Positions 26,776-39,117 of a stretch of 64,000 bases of DNA are shown one piece after another (within the stretch, counting starts at the first letter, position 1; every line of letters begins with the position of its first letter). Both the position numbers and the translations under genes were made by a program. A model generated the notes under the pieces. That model saw nothing but the letters and a program-made list of their open reading frames with translations, was not told the origin of the DNA and searched no databases. Origin of the DNA: Vicugna vicugna (Eukaryota); assembly GCA_013265495.1 (NCBI GenBank), contig MU057724.1, forward strand, positions 1,937,102 through 2,001,101, in the 5' to 3' direction.

Positions 26776-27615
26776 ACCAGCTACCTCGTTGTCCCAGCAG
26801 TTCTCACTGCTTTTACTTTCAGCTTTCCTGTTCACCACGGTCTTTCCAGAGAAATCTAGGTAATTATATTTCCTCACAAACTTTTTGATCACCTCTAAGA
26901 CGTTCTTACAAATAAGTTATTTTTCTCTTTTGTACTCACCCCGGATGCCACCTCTCTCGGCCCCTCTCTTTCAGAGACCCCACCAGAGCCACAGCAGTGT
27001 TCTACGCAGAGTAGGCAAAGATGAATTTTATGCAAGTTTTGATGCTCAGTCATCCCAGCCAGCGTGCCCGAGAAGCTCAAGGCTCATCAGGAAACCCACC
27101 AGCATCTTCTCTCCTGAGCTGCTTTTTCTAGATCCACATCAATTCTTTGTTTCCAGGGGAAAACGGGGGACAGGACTCTCCCCCTGTTCATCTGTCCCAT
27201 CCCACCACCCGTCACCTCCGGGTCGGTGAATTCCCGAGAGAGGCTCACTGCTGCCCACTCTTCTGGGTGGCAGGGCAGGGCAGGTACTTTGAGTGGCACA
27301 GAAGCAGTTTCTCTTTGGCCAAAAGAGAAGCTCAGGGGAAGAAGCACACCAGAGGCAAGCCTGCTCGTGCGCTTCCCAGACGGAGCAGGTTTGGGCACAG
27401 CGTATGCAGACCCAGTTTTTGAAACCCCCATGTGCTAGTCGCCCCTCACCGCTTACAGCGCACAGCATCTCAGAGCGCTGTCGCTGAACCGCCCAGGGAA
27501 ACAGGCCTGCGTCACGCAGACGGGCTCACCACGTCCAGCTTCCACCAGGCAAATCCTCACACGGGAAGATTTTCCCCACATGCCTCACTGAATTCTTTTT
27601 TTTTTTTTTTTTTTT

Positions 27616-27644
27616 NNNNNNNNNNNNNNNNNNNNNNNNNNNNN
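27616..27644. other. Assembly gap (29 N) between two poly-T runs
   Basis: N run read directly. Confidence 1.
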
Positions 27645-29289
27645 TCCCCCCCACACTGGATTCTTTTTTTTTTTTTTTTTTTTGCACTAAGTGAAGTCAA
27701 GTGATCTGGGAGCACATTTGGAAAGACAGGGCTTTTACCTGATAAAATATGGATCCAGAACAAAACAAATTGTTACTCAAGAGATGTCAGGAACAGTTCA
27801 GGCAAAGACCCTTCCTCAAATTGGGACTGAGGGTGTGTGCAGAGGGCGTGACTGGCGTCCAAGACACGGGAACTACAGCGGCCACCTCTGGGGCCAGTGA
27901 AACATGCTTCATCCGGTGCCTTTGGCCCTGAAGGCTCATCCACCTGTAAGGAGCGCCTTCACCCTGTCTGCCTTCCTGGGCTTCTCCCCGCAGGAGCTAA
28001 CTTCTGAGGACTGGATAAGCTTCACAGAGGAAGCTGAGAAATCCCCACTGGGGCCACAGTCTTTGGGAGACTCACCCATGGGGTCTTCCTCCTGCAGGCA
28101 GCCCCGTGAGCCCGCTTGTCCTCAGCCCGTCCCTGGCTCTGTCCTCACTGAGACAAAGGCCAAGATAAAGAGACCTGCCTGTCAGCCCAGAGGCGAACCC
28201 CAGTTGTTTGCCTGTCAAGTCTCTCCCCACTTCCAAAGGACATGGACAGAGCGGTACGTCAGCGGGTGCTGTGGTTTGGGGCACAAACCTGCGCTCTAGT
28301 GGGGAGGGGGGACGCTGGACTTGCTGTGACCCACCTGAGACAAGACGGACTCACCCGTAGGAGCATTCCGGCCAGGTGGCGGGGCACAGACACCCTCCCA
28401 CAAAGTGCACGGTGAGGCCCGGCTGTGTCCAGGTTCGCGTGGACGGGGACACCTGCCACTTCACAGGGGCTCATTTTTCAGACTGTCCTGAACACCGCTG
28501 TGTGGCTGTGTTCTACTCAGCAATGGCTCTGCTCAGGGCTGCTGGTTTTGCTGCTGCTTCCGGAGCACTACATGTACCTGAACCGGGGGACTGAACAGCG
28601 AAGGCTGGCCTAACGTTCACGCTCAAACTGAGGCCCCAGGAGGAATGGTGTGACAAGGTGATAACCTAATAATTACTGGCAGGGACGTCATCTTCGCTGG
28701 AGGACGGCGCCCAGGCAAAATAGGGAGTGATTACTCGTGCGCGATTCCAGAGCTTTAATTATCAGCTTCGCAAAGATGCCTTTTGGAGTCGGCAGGCAGC
28801 GCTGGCAAAGATGACAGGAAAAAGAAAACGCTCTCCTGGCACCTTGCAGAGCACGGCCGGCGCCCGCCGTCGCGGGACGCACAGCCCTGGCGGTCAGAGC
28901 GGCTCACAGCTTTGAGGAGGCGCGAGAAGCCAGCCAGGCCTGAGCCCGGGGCCGGAGAGCCCGCAGCTTCTGATTCTTTTCCCCTGGACCGTGCGCCAAT
29001 TTTTTTTCATTATTATTATCCTTTGAGAAACCAGTGGGTGGGCACAGATGGGAAGTGGGAAGCTTCAAAAGGAAGAAGATGGTATCGGAGCGGAGAGCCG
29101 GGCCAGGCGCCTCCCTGGGGGCGTCCCCTCCCAGCTTGTCCCCTCCCAGTGCGCCCCCTGCAGGCAGAACCGGGACTGAGACCCCCAGCCCCATGCCTGT
29201 CCATTCACCATCAGCCCCACGGCCACCGCTCAGCATGTTGCCTGCGGGTGTTCTAGGCACAAGCAAACATTTTTAAAAGCACAAGCGGC

Positions 29290-29360
<71 letters not shown>

Positions 29361-29361
29361 A
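29290..29361. repeat. (TAAA)18 microsatellite
   Basis: Perfect tetranucleotide run immediately 5' of a SINE. Confidence 0.98.
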
Positions 29362-29498
29362 GAGGAGGGTACAGCTCAGTGCCAGAGGGATGCCCAGCAC
29401 GCACAAGGTCCTGGGTTCCATCCCCAGTGCCTCCATTTAAAAAATTAATAAATAAATCTAATTGTTCCTCCCCCAAAAAAGTTTTTAAAAAATAGTTA
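29362..29498 (+). mobile_element. tRNA-Ala-derived camelid SINE (Vic-1-like)
   Basis: gaggagggtacagctcagt (A box)...ggtcctgggttccatccccagtgcctcc (B box), tail aataaatctaattgttcctccccc. Confidence 0.9.
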
Positions 29499-32400
29499 AA
29501 AAGCACAACAGTTTTTTAAAAAAGTAATTCAAGCTTCTCTGCAATATTGTAAAAGCTTTGTTGTTAAAACATCCGGAAAACCTCAGAACATCCAGAAAAT
29601 GCAGCTGTAGTCGTCAACTAAAGCCATCAGCCCTGGGGAGGTCAGGGCCACCCGGGCTAGTGCTCGCGTGTGCACATCCAGGGAAGGTGAATGAAGGCAG
29701 GACCGGCCGGCCTGAGAGCTGGTGTCCCCGCAGCTCGCAAGGGACACGATGGTCGACAGGCTCGTCCTCTCCGAGGGCAGCCTGCGTCAGAGAGAACCAC
29801 CTACGGCGCCCTCGGCCGGTCTGCCCCTTGCTGTTTGTTGGGAGACCGACCCTGGAGGAGCAGGAGACAGGAGGGACGCCCGGGGACTCTGCTGGCCGCA
29901 CACGTGTCGGGACATCTCCCAGCCCGGGCCCACCTCCCGTGGTGGACGATGGGAGAAGCACCCGGCCTCAGGGTGGGGAGGACTGAGGGTCTCCCAAATT
30001 AAACGCCAGGGTGTCCAGCCCGCGGTCTTCCATCTTCTTCAGGTCAGATCTGCAGCTCAGCGCTCCGCACAGACCGGCAAGGACACCGGGCACCCTCAGG
30101 ACTGGGACCAGGAGTGGGAGCACGAAACACAAACCCGCTGTGCCGAGGCTGCTCGAGGAGACCTTGGGCATCGCTGGCAGTTTTCAGGTTTTTATGGGAG
30201 CAGAGCCTTTCCTCAAATGCTGAAGTGCGACCCCCAGAACATGCAAGGGCCAAGGTGCCGCGACGAGGGAGGCGTCCGGCTGTGGCTGATGGGACCGGGA
30301 CCCTGGAGCCTGACTGTGGCTTCCCCTGGTGCTGCACCTGCTGCCGTGGGACCTGGAGTAACTCCCCCACCACCACCCCGCCCCGAGCCTCAGCTCCCCC
30401 CGTGAGGAAGACCCCGCCTCTCACTTTGCGTTGTCGCGGGGGGTGGGGCAGCTGGGTTAGCTTGTGTGACATGCTTCACTGAGTCTACACGCGTGTTGGA
30501 TTCTGAACTCTGAGGTTGTGGGGCCTCAGAGCCCAGCCTGTGCAGCCTCTCGTCCACCCTGAGTTGCCCCAAGTCACACCCACAGAGCCCGCGGGCCCTA
30601 GAACGCAGCTCGCAGGCTTCCGCCCTGTGAGCTCCATGCTCACTCAGGACGCTTCTGGAACAGCCCAGAACCAAATACCGACTGCACGTGTAGCTGCCGT
30701 TGAACCAGCAGATCTTCTGCGGCTGCTCAAAAGCAGCGCTGAGTCACAGGCAGCCTGGCGCCCAAGGGGTGGGTTTCGTGCGGCATCAGTCAATCAGTAA
30801 ACCAGTATTGCACAGAGGGTCCCGTGCCCCAGGCACGCGGAGGGGCCTGGTAACTCACAGGCGAAAAGGACGAACTCGCCACTGCGGAGCGAGCCGGCCG
30901 GTGGCCGCGGCCGATCGGGGCAAGGAGGACGCGGAGGCGAACTTGGAAAGGAGAAGCTTAAGGTGCTGTGAACAGACGAGCAAGCAGGTCCTACCTCATT
31001 CCGGGACGTGGGAAGGGCTTCCCTGGGGGTCGAGCCGGCACTGATCTGAGCCGGCGCAGAGCAAGCAGGCCCAGCGAGGGCAGGGCTGTCTCCTGACACG
31101 CGGAGGAGCGCAGGGAAGGAGGCGGGAGTCCAGGAGCCGCGCGAGGCCCAGCGGCAGGCGTGGCGGCCAGGGAAAGAGCAGAGGCTGGGCTCCCGGGGGC
31201 CTCATCGCTACCTCCGTTCCAAGTTCTCGTAAATGTTCCCTCTATGTGTCAAACAATAGACCTCATGGACTATTTCCGGGGAAATATTTAATTTTCCAGG
31301 GAAAATTAAGACGCGCACCTCGTAAGTAACACCGGATCTCAGGGCCTGACAGGCACGCGGCCTCTGGAAAACCCTGGGCTGCACTTCCACCTTCCCTTCT
31401 TGCATCCTGTGAATTCCTGCCTTTGGCTCCCAAGGAAGAGCCCCTCCACTCCCATGAGGCTGCCTACGTCACTTTTATTAAAAAAAAAAAAAAAAGCATT
31501 AAAGTTTTCCAAAATTGCTGGGGGGTTTTTTCCCCCTTTCTGTGTAACATCTCTTGTTAATGAAGATTTTTCTAAAACTAATCCAGTCATCCTGGTGATG
31601 AACTAAGATTTTCATTCAAGATCTTAAACACATGACAAGCACGCGTACAGCACACATTTGAGACCTGGAGTTACAATCGATCCATAGTTAGACTGAGGTG
31701 GGAGACGCCCTGCTAGGAAAGATTCTACACTTAGGCCCTTCCTTTCTATTTCTTACTGGCTAGAAGCTCAGAATATTTCCTTTGTCTTTGAAGGGAGTTA
31801 AGGGCTGGGGGCTTAGCAGAAAGCCTGCCCCTGCCCTGGGGGGCAATGAGAAAACCTCTCGACTGCCTCAGGGGGACGGTCCTGGGCCCTTTGTCACCAA
31901 CGAGCCAGGTGACCGGAGTGAGCTGAGTGGTGTGAGTGGTTCACAGACCCAAGCTCGATTCAAGCAGAAAATCTAAAACACAGACGACCAGAGCAAGCAA
32001 GCCCTAACGACGAGGCCTGACTCGACGCAGAACGCGCTGCCCGGCTCCAGGCCACCTGCCGGCCACTGTCCACCCGCCCGCTCACCCCCATGCTGGAGCT
32101 CAGGACACGTGGGAAAGTGCTCACGTCTCCGACCTTCCCACCCCGACTCCCCACCATCACTCTGGACCCTTGTAAAGAGGTCCACCAGCTCCTCAGCCTC
32201 GCTCCTGGGCGGGGGTGTCAGCTGGTGTCTCCTTGGGGGCTTAACTTCATCATAACAGCAGAGGGAAGGTAGGGAAGGGGAGGAGAGAGGTTTTCATGGA
32301 GCTGCCGGGTCCTGGAACAGACCCTGGAACCACCTGGGGGCTCAGCCACGGGCCACACAGGAAAGGCATCGCTAGTGACAAGTCCAAAGGGGTCCCCCCA

Positions 32401-33134
32401 TGGTGCACAAGACCCGGCAGCCCCCGCTGCACCCTGTGCCCCAGGACTGCCCCTGACAGGAAGACTTCCGGAGGAAGGCTATTAGGAACTCGAGAAATTA
32501 TTTTTACTCATCAGGAAAAGAGCGACGTGTTTCTAAACGAACTGTTCTAATGACAGGTTTAGCATTTTCACTGGACCACAGACGCATGCACCTGCACACT
32601 TCAGGACATCCACGCAGACCCAGGAGCCACGCAAAGGCGGGGATAATAGCCACAGCTGGCTTACAATTTTTTTTCACTATTCTCTCTCAAAAACACGGTC
32701 TCCATTATTTATAGGTAATAATGCATGTTATTCACCTTCCCTCCATAAAATTAAGAGAGTTAACTAAAATACATGATTGATAAAGCCGCCCCTGGATAGG
32801 AAATGAGAGAGGCGTTCACTCTTACGGAAAGTAGAACCTTTAAAAATAGGATACGGTACAGATATTTCTGATTGGAAAGAACATTATAAAACCTCATAAT
32901 ATCAGCATGATTTGGGAGAGTCTTTGAAGAGAAATTCCACACCCGATTTATCCACATAAACCCACAGAACCTCACAATGTCACTCGGAGGATGTTGGTTA
33001 AACAAATGAATGTTATCCCCCAAAATATGTTCCACCCACAAGACAGTGTAACCAATCAACACTGGAATCAGAGACCGAGGGGAGTGGAGTTAAATTTTAC
33101 AGAATAATTCTAGCAATCCTCCAACTTTCCTGGC

Positions 33135-33500
33135 CTTGGAGCTTTCCTGTTAAAAATGTACATTCCTGGTGGGGAGGACGTAGCTCAGCGGTGGAGCGCG
33201 TGCTTATCAAGCACAAGGTCCTGGGTTCAATACCCAGCACCTCCATTAAAAAATAGTCATAATTATGTAAAAATAAACTTAATTACTTCCCTCCTAAGAA
33301 AACTAACAAAAAAAAGTTTAAAAAAACAATAAAATAAAATAAAAATAAATAAGTAAACCTAATTACTTCCCCCCAGAACAAAAACAAAAAACAAAAAAAT
33401 GTGGATTCCTCCCAGTCTCTGACTCCCCGTGGTCTTTGGTTCAGCAGGTGGGTTCTGACCCCAGGAATCTGCATTTTAACAGAGGCCCGGGGAACTTGGA
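33135..33500. mobile_element. MER5-like hAT-Charlie DNA transposon remnant, split by a SINE
   Basis: gttaaaaatgtacattcct before the SINE and ccccaggaatctgcattttaaca after it match the MER5A/B core. Confidence 0.6.
33171..33394 (+). mobile_element. Vic-1-like SINE with duplicated tail module and 16-bp TSD
   Basis: ggggaggacgtagctcagcggtggagcgcgtgctt...ggtcctgggttcaatacccagcacctcc; TSD aaaaatgtacattcct (33152-33167) / aaaaatgtggattcct (33395-33410). Confidence 0.92.
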
Positions 33501-33624
33501 GGATATTTTGAGGAGCACATCTTTGGCAGGTGTCAGGCGATCCCTGGTATGGCCTGACGGCTGAAGTCTTGCCCGGGACTGGACAGCGTGGGCCCAGTCC
33601 CCAGGGCAGGGCGGCCACTTGATA

Positions 33625-33780
33625 CCACAGGGCAAGTTCCCTCACCTCTGTGTACCTCGGTTTCAACATCTGCGAACTGGGCAGAATCATAGCGCCCGAC
33701 CCCGAAGAGATTGTTGAATTAGCTCCTGCAAAGTCCTTGGCCCAGGACAGGCACAGGCATTATGCTGCCCGGTAATCAGC
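33625..33780 (+). mobile_element. MIR SINE
   Basis: gggcaagttccctcacctctgtgtacctcggtttcaacatctgcgaactggg core. Confidence 0.7.
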
Positions 33781-33845
33781 ATGGGGAGGTCACTGTGGTT
33801 GGCCTGGACATCATTTTTTTTAAAACAAAGTATTTCCTATAGCTA

Positions 33846-34042
33846 TGTCATGGGCCGAATTGTCCCCTCACCACCAAATCCGTATGTTGAAGTCCTAAGC
33901 CCTGGGACCTCTGAGTTGGGGTGCATTTAGAGACAAGCCCTTTAAAGAGGTGATTAAGTCAAAACGGGGTCATTAGGGTGGCCCCCATCCAGTCTGACTG
34001 GTGTCCTCATGAAAAAGGAAAATTTGAACCCAGACGTGGACA
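33846..34042 (+). mobile_element. MLT1A/B/C-like LTR, 5' half
   Basis: tgtcatgggccgaattgtcccc...tatgttgaagtcctaagccc...cattagggtggcccccatccagtctgactggtgtcctcatgaaaaagga. Confidence 0.8.
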
Positions 34043-34049
34043 AGGGAAG

Positions 34050-34202
34050 TTCTGCTCCAGAAGCCCTCAGGCTCCAGTGACAACAGCGGCTGCCCCGTGC
34101 CCTGCAGATTGGGACTTGCCAGGCCCCTAATTCTGTTAGCCAACTCCCTAAAACCAAGCTGTTTCTCCTCTGGGTTCTGTTTCTCTAGAGGACCCGAATA
34201 CA
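34050..34202 (+). mobile_element. MLT2-like (ERVL) LTR, 3' part
   Basis: gccctgcagattgggacttgccaggcccc...agccaactccctaaaa...ggttctgtttctctagaggacccgaataca matches the MLT2 3' terminus. Confidence 0.7.
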
Positions 34203-36850
34203 GCCCACGAGGATAACATAAAGGTCCCCTAAATAAACACCCTGGACAAAAATGTTTGAATGCCGACATAATATATGGAATTTTCTCCAATGCCTTTTGA
34301 GACAAGTGTTATGGTGTGAACAGGAATTGGAAGCAGTGACTGTGGCTTGTTCATCGGCGTGTCCCCAGCACCTGCCTGCAGCTCTCCGCAGAGCTCGGAG
34401 GGAGGGAGGGGCTGAACTTGCCTCAGTGGGTAGCACACCCCATGGCGAGCCGCGGGTAAACTGCGGGGTCTCCACCCTGCGGGCTCTGGGTAGCTGCAGG
34501 CCTGCCTCTTCCTGCTGGAGCCATTGGCATGTCATTTGCCGCGTCCTTTCATTTAACAAACCCACACACATCAGGAAGACTGCTTTCTATCAGCTTTTCT
34601 AAAGTGGCCATAATCATACAGAAAGAACCTCAAAACCATAACTAAAACAAGTCTGCAAACTCCTGCTCAGCAGACGTGGAGACTCGGGGACGGAGTGCTA
34701 GCTTTGCTTCTTAACGATGCTTCCCTCTGGGCTGAAGAACATACCCCTCTCAGAGGATCCCACCTCTGCTGGTCTTTCTTCGGTTTCAAGTATTTATCAA
34801 TATTCATTTTACAGGGTTTGAACTACTGTATTTTTAAAAGAACAGTGATTTGTATCACTAGAGGGAGACACAGTTTACCAAAAAGCTATCATCAGGCTGA
34901 ACTGAAAACTTCCCAGCTCTGGAGAATAAAACACCCAGAGGCAAAGCTACTATGTGTAACTTGCACGCACAGTATATACAGACATGCACTGTGTGCACAG
35001 TGACTTGCTCGGACACATGCATATCATTTTGTGAATTTAACAAGTTTGTACCTAGAACTATTGAGCCGATAGGTTAGTTTTTCCTTTCTCAAATAATATT
35101 GAAACTGGGGGGAAAAGGTTATGAAATGGAAATTGCCAAGCTTTAATAAAACAGTAAAATCCAAACATGGTGACACTGAAATACCAGAATTTTTCAACTC
35201 TCTCAGGAGTGTTTCCCTAACAGTAAAAATCAGGATTCAGAGACTCTGGGCGTAAGTGTCTGAACAGCTGCTTTTCCACTGTGGACATGAATTCATCTAC
35301 GTCTCTCTCCCAGGCAAAGCAGTCATGGCCAAGGCTGTTCTCCCACCACGCAGAATGCAAGGCCCCGCACAGAGCTCTTGCTGTAGAAGTGACAGGTCAG
35401 ATCTCCCATTCTCAACCAAACACGCAGCAAACACCGTGCGTGCGTGTGTGTGTGTGAGAGAGAGAAAGAGAGAGATGTGTGTATATATGTACAGGCTTAC
35501 ATTTAAATCACAGTTCAGTAAAAATGAAGAAAACGTGGTTATGTTTCTGGCAGTTGGATGCATTTTGTTTCGTTTTGTTTTTTACCTGCAGACAGCTTAA
35601 TTCACTTACACTTCCTACCCAGCCTCTGAATGTCTAATGCTTACTCTAAAAGCGAGGATTGGGAGCAAGTTGGTATTTAAAAGCAAAGTGGACTTAGGAA
35701 AGATGAAAAGTTTTAGTTAAGAAGTGGGAGCAACTGGAAGCCCAGAGCCCAGGGGGAACACCTGCTTTAAATTCCACAGAACATTCACTAGTGCCCAGCG
35801 GAACAGCCCCTCCCCCTGTCTTTCTCTTCTGGGACACTGCCGCTGTCCCTTCCTCCCCATTTTTGGTCTATTTTTCTACTTTCCCTAAACCAATTTTGTC
35901 TTTTCTCAAAATCTTTCTGTTTTCACTGCCACTTCTATATTTAATGCAAGATCCTTTGTCTCATCTTAGCGTTTGGTCTGTTTATTGAATACAACATTCC
36001 TATTCCCTGTTGTCCATCTTTAAACAATATTGGTGAGGCATTTAATGTGTCGCATGTAGAAACTAGCTCCATTCCTATGACACACGTCACATCAGCTGAT
36101 ACTTTTCCTTTATGACTCAATGACTGGGCGTAAGGACAGCCCCACCCTCCACGCCTTCTCCTCCAAACTCCTGAGACTTGACCTGGCGTTTACTTTCCTG
36201 TTCCTTGGAGGGGCAACCACTGTTTTCCAGGCCTCCGCGTGTCCTGGAGGGAAACACAGAGGTGTGGGCAGAGGTGGTGCCCACTTGCCCCCACGTCACA
36301 GCCCTGCCTGGAGAGTGGGTCCCTGGGGTTCTGCAAGAAAGAACTGAGGAACCTTCCCAAAAGCTGCCGTTAGAAAGTCAGATTCACCCGTGTCATCTGT
36401 GCAAGAATAAAGCCGTTACATTTAACGTCCTTTGCAACCTCCCTTCGTTTGTGATCACACAGCTGAGAGAGAAGGACTCCCGGAAGCACAGCCGGCGCGC
36501 CTCAGAGCAGCGGCCAAGCGCCAGGCCTCGTCTCCCGGGCAACAAGCCCCGCCCACAGCCCCGGGCAACAAACCCCGCCCACGGCCAGCCGCGCGGCCCG
36601 CCTCCTGAGCCACCAGGTACTGAGCCGGGAGCGGGTGTGGATTCCCCGTCCTGTGCGATTCCTCAAATATTTGAAACTTTTTGCTGTGACCATAAAACCA
36701 ATCTCTGCCAGCCCGAGTCTCTCCCCTGCAGAACAGCGTTTCATAAGGTTTGCCTAAAAGCAAAGAAATACCGTCAATCAATAAAAATGCTGTGTTGATA
36801 TTTTAAAAAATGCTGAGTGAACACTTTACCTGTGTATTAAAACACAATTT

Positions 36851-37063
36851 ATTATATAAAATAGATAAGCAACAAGGTCCTACTGTGGAGCCCAGGGAAC
36901 TATATTCAGTACCTCGCAGCGGCCCGTGATGCAAAAGAATCTGAAAACGAACAGATGTGTGTGTTTGTAAGACTGAACCAGGATGCTGTGCACCAGAAAG
37001 CGACCCACTGTAAACGGACTAGACTTCAACTTAAAAACTAAATAAATAAAAAATAAAACTAAA
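36851..37063 (+). mobile_element. L1 3' end (GC-shifted copy)
   Basis: ataaaatagataagcaacaaggtcctactgtggagcccagggaactatattcag...gacttcaacttaaaaactaaataaataa. Confidence 0.88.
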
Positions 37064-37136
37064 TGTATTGATAAATCTGTGGTAGCACTGTATTAGAGAG
37101 TGTCCCTCTTTTACTAGTTTGACAGTGACGGTGTAC

Positions 37137-37286
37137 CTTGGACAAGGCCAGAGAAGAACCATACGTCCATTCAGGACGACATCCCTTCTTTCCGGGGTAA
37201 ATACTCCACGTGAGGGGTCAGAAGACTGCTGTTTTCCTCCAGCTATTTCTGGAGAGCACCAACGTACATTTAGACTAAGCAGTAAG
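37137..37286 (-). other. Candidate exon (150 nt) containing ATG at 37170 (MDVWFFSGLVQ, ends phase 1)
   Basis: Acceptor ttttatgtttttaaatccctgtctgcag|, donor AAG|GTACAC. Confidence 0.3.
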
Positions 37287-37798
37287 CTGCAGACAGGGAT
37301 TTAAAAACATAAAATAGCTCCTTTATGATGCATTTAAAATAACTTCTTTTAGCATTTAGAATAAAGGAAGAACAGAAGGTGAAGACTTAGTTTACAGCGA
37401 GAGCCATTAAAATAACCTTAGCTGGAAAGAGGGTTTTCCAGAACAGGGATTCATGCACCATAAGAGTTTAAGCGAAGTTTTTAAAAGACTCATGCAGTAC
37501 AGTTATGGCCCATAGACTAACAGATGTGTAATGAATACGTTCAAGGTTTCCATATACGTTAGAAACCTAAAGGTGGTGAAATGTCGCCGAGAAACTAGCT
37601 GCAGACACACTGATACGACTGCACATTATTTCCTCCAAAATCTTACTCAGATTTTATACTGGTTCAGAGTTTTAGATCTCTAAGTATTACTCATCATTTT
37701 CATGTAATGTGTATATGTCATGTTCACAGATAGAAAAGGAACATATAAACCTAACATAGTAATGGTATTTATGACTTCTAGGTTTTAAATGATTCCTA

Positions 37799-38145
37799 GT
37801 ATGTGATATCGCTTACATGTGGAAACTAAAAAGAAGACACAAAGGAGCTTATTGAGAAAACATAAACAGATTCACATAGAAAACAACTTATGGTTACCGG
37901 TGGGGAAGGGATAAATTGGGAGTCCGAGTGTTGCAGATGCTAACTACTCGACATTAAAGAGATAAATGTGGTTCTTCTGTAGAGCACAGGGAACAAAATT
38001 CAATATCCTGTAGCACCCTATAATGAAAAAGAATACGAAAATGAATATATGTATGTTTTATGTATGAGTGAAGCATTGTGCTGGACACCAGAAACGGACA
38101 CAACATTGTAAACTGACTATACTTCAATCTAAAAAATGGAAAAAA
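37799..38145 (+). mobile_element. L1 3' end (camelid/artiodactyl type)
   Basis: atcgcttacatgtggaaactaaaaa...tatggttacc...gagcacagggaac...acaacattgtaaactgactatacttcaatctaaaaaa. Confidence 0.9.
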
Positions 38146-39117
38146 TTTGTTTGGTTACCTAGTTCCTTTCTTTACATGGCATTTTTTAAGAGGAGATGGT
38201 AGCCAATTCACATAGTTTCCATTGATAAAGTGATTTCTACCTCCGGATACAGCCGAACAGTTCCTTAAAGATCCATTTAAAAAAATCATCTTTGTGTGTA
38301 TGTGCATAATTTAACCCGCGTGCGTCACGTAGTACTGCAATTCACACACACGGAGTGTCTTGCTGAACAAGTGACCCTGCAGCTGCGGAACGTCCATTGC
38401 TGAGTCCGTAATTTTGGATTCTGACAATAGCTATTGCTGGGTTGATAACTCCCAGGGAGAAAGGACTGTTAGCGATGGTGACGGAGCCAGAGGCGGATGA
38501 AAGGGGCTGGGCCGGCTCACTGATAATAGCCAAGGCGGAAAGTTTAAACCTCTTTATTGCGTAGCTGACCCCAATTACATCTCAAGACAAATAGCACCCT
38601 TCACTCAAACACCTGGTACCAAATGTGGCCACTTCAAATGCCTCCCGCCTGGGAGCCTATTATCATTTAGGGACCAACCGGACAATAGGCATTAATTGCC
38701 GCCCTCGTGTTTGCTAAGCTGGACCTCTGAAATGGAGCAAATTATTTTCTTAAATGCCTCGGTTTATTGAGCATGATTTTTAATAGCACTACCCTTAACT
38801 CATGCTTTGTACAAATTTTTTTTTTAAATGATGCCACAAGCCAAGGTAGGGATTATGCACACAACAGACAGTTCCTGCAAAATGCAGCGTGCTCCTTCGT
38901 CACACCTGAACGTCCTGGGTACACCCAAATCAAGCAATTTTCCAAAGACGATAAAATCTCCTCCAAACACAAGGAAGTGCCACTTGACACGCGCACGGAG
39001 CACCTGAGCATTGGAAGATTACTTCGCGCGAAAGGATGGAAGACATTTTTAATTCAGGGTTTCTGAAAGGAAAGACCCAGGTTGCTGGTCTCGAGTTATG
39101 TTTGACGTGAATAACCG

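Noticed and set aside
27570..27685. Apparent duplication cccc-acac-ctg(a/g)attc-(T)n on both sides of the N gap
   Set aside because: Probably an assembly artefact from low-quality read ends at a poly-T run rather than a biological repeat
17923..28300. Additional isolated minus-strand donor matches (~17922, ~22990, ~26939, ~28076)
   Set aside because: Paired acceptors are weak or ambiguous; such matches are expected by chance, so they are excluded from the model
29722..30405. 227-aa ORF (likewise 12988-13602 and 36178-36798)
   Set aside because: GC-rich chance ORFs with non-ATG starts, low-complexity composition and no homology recognised
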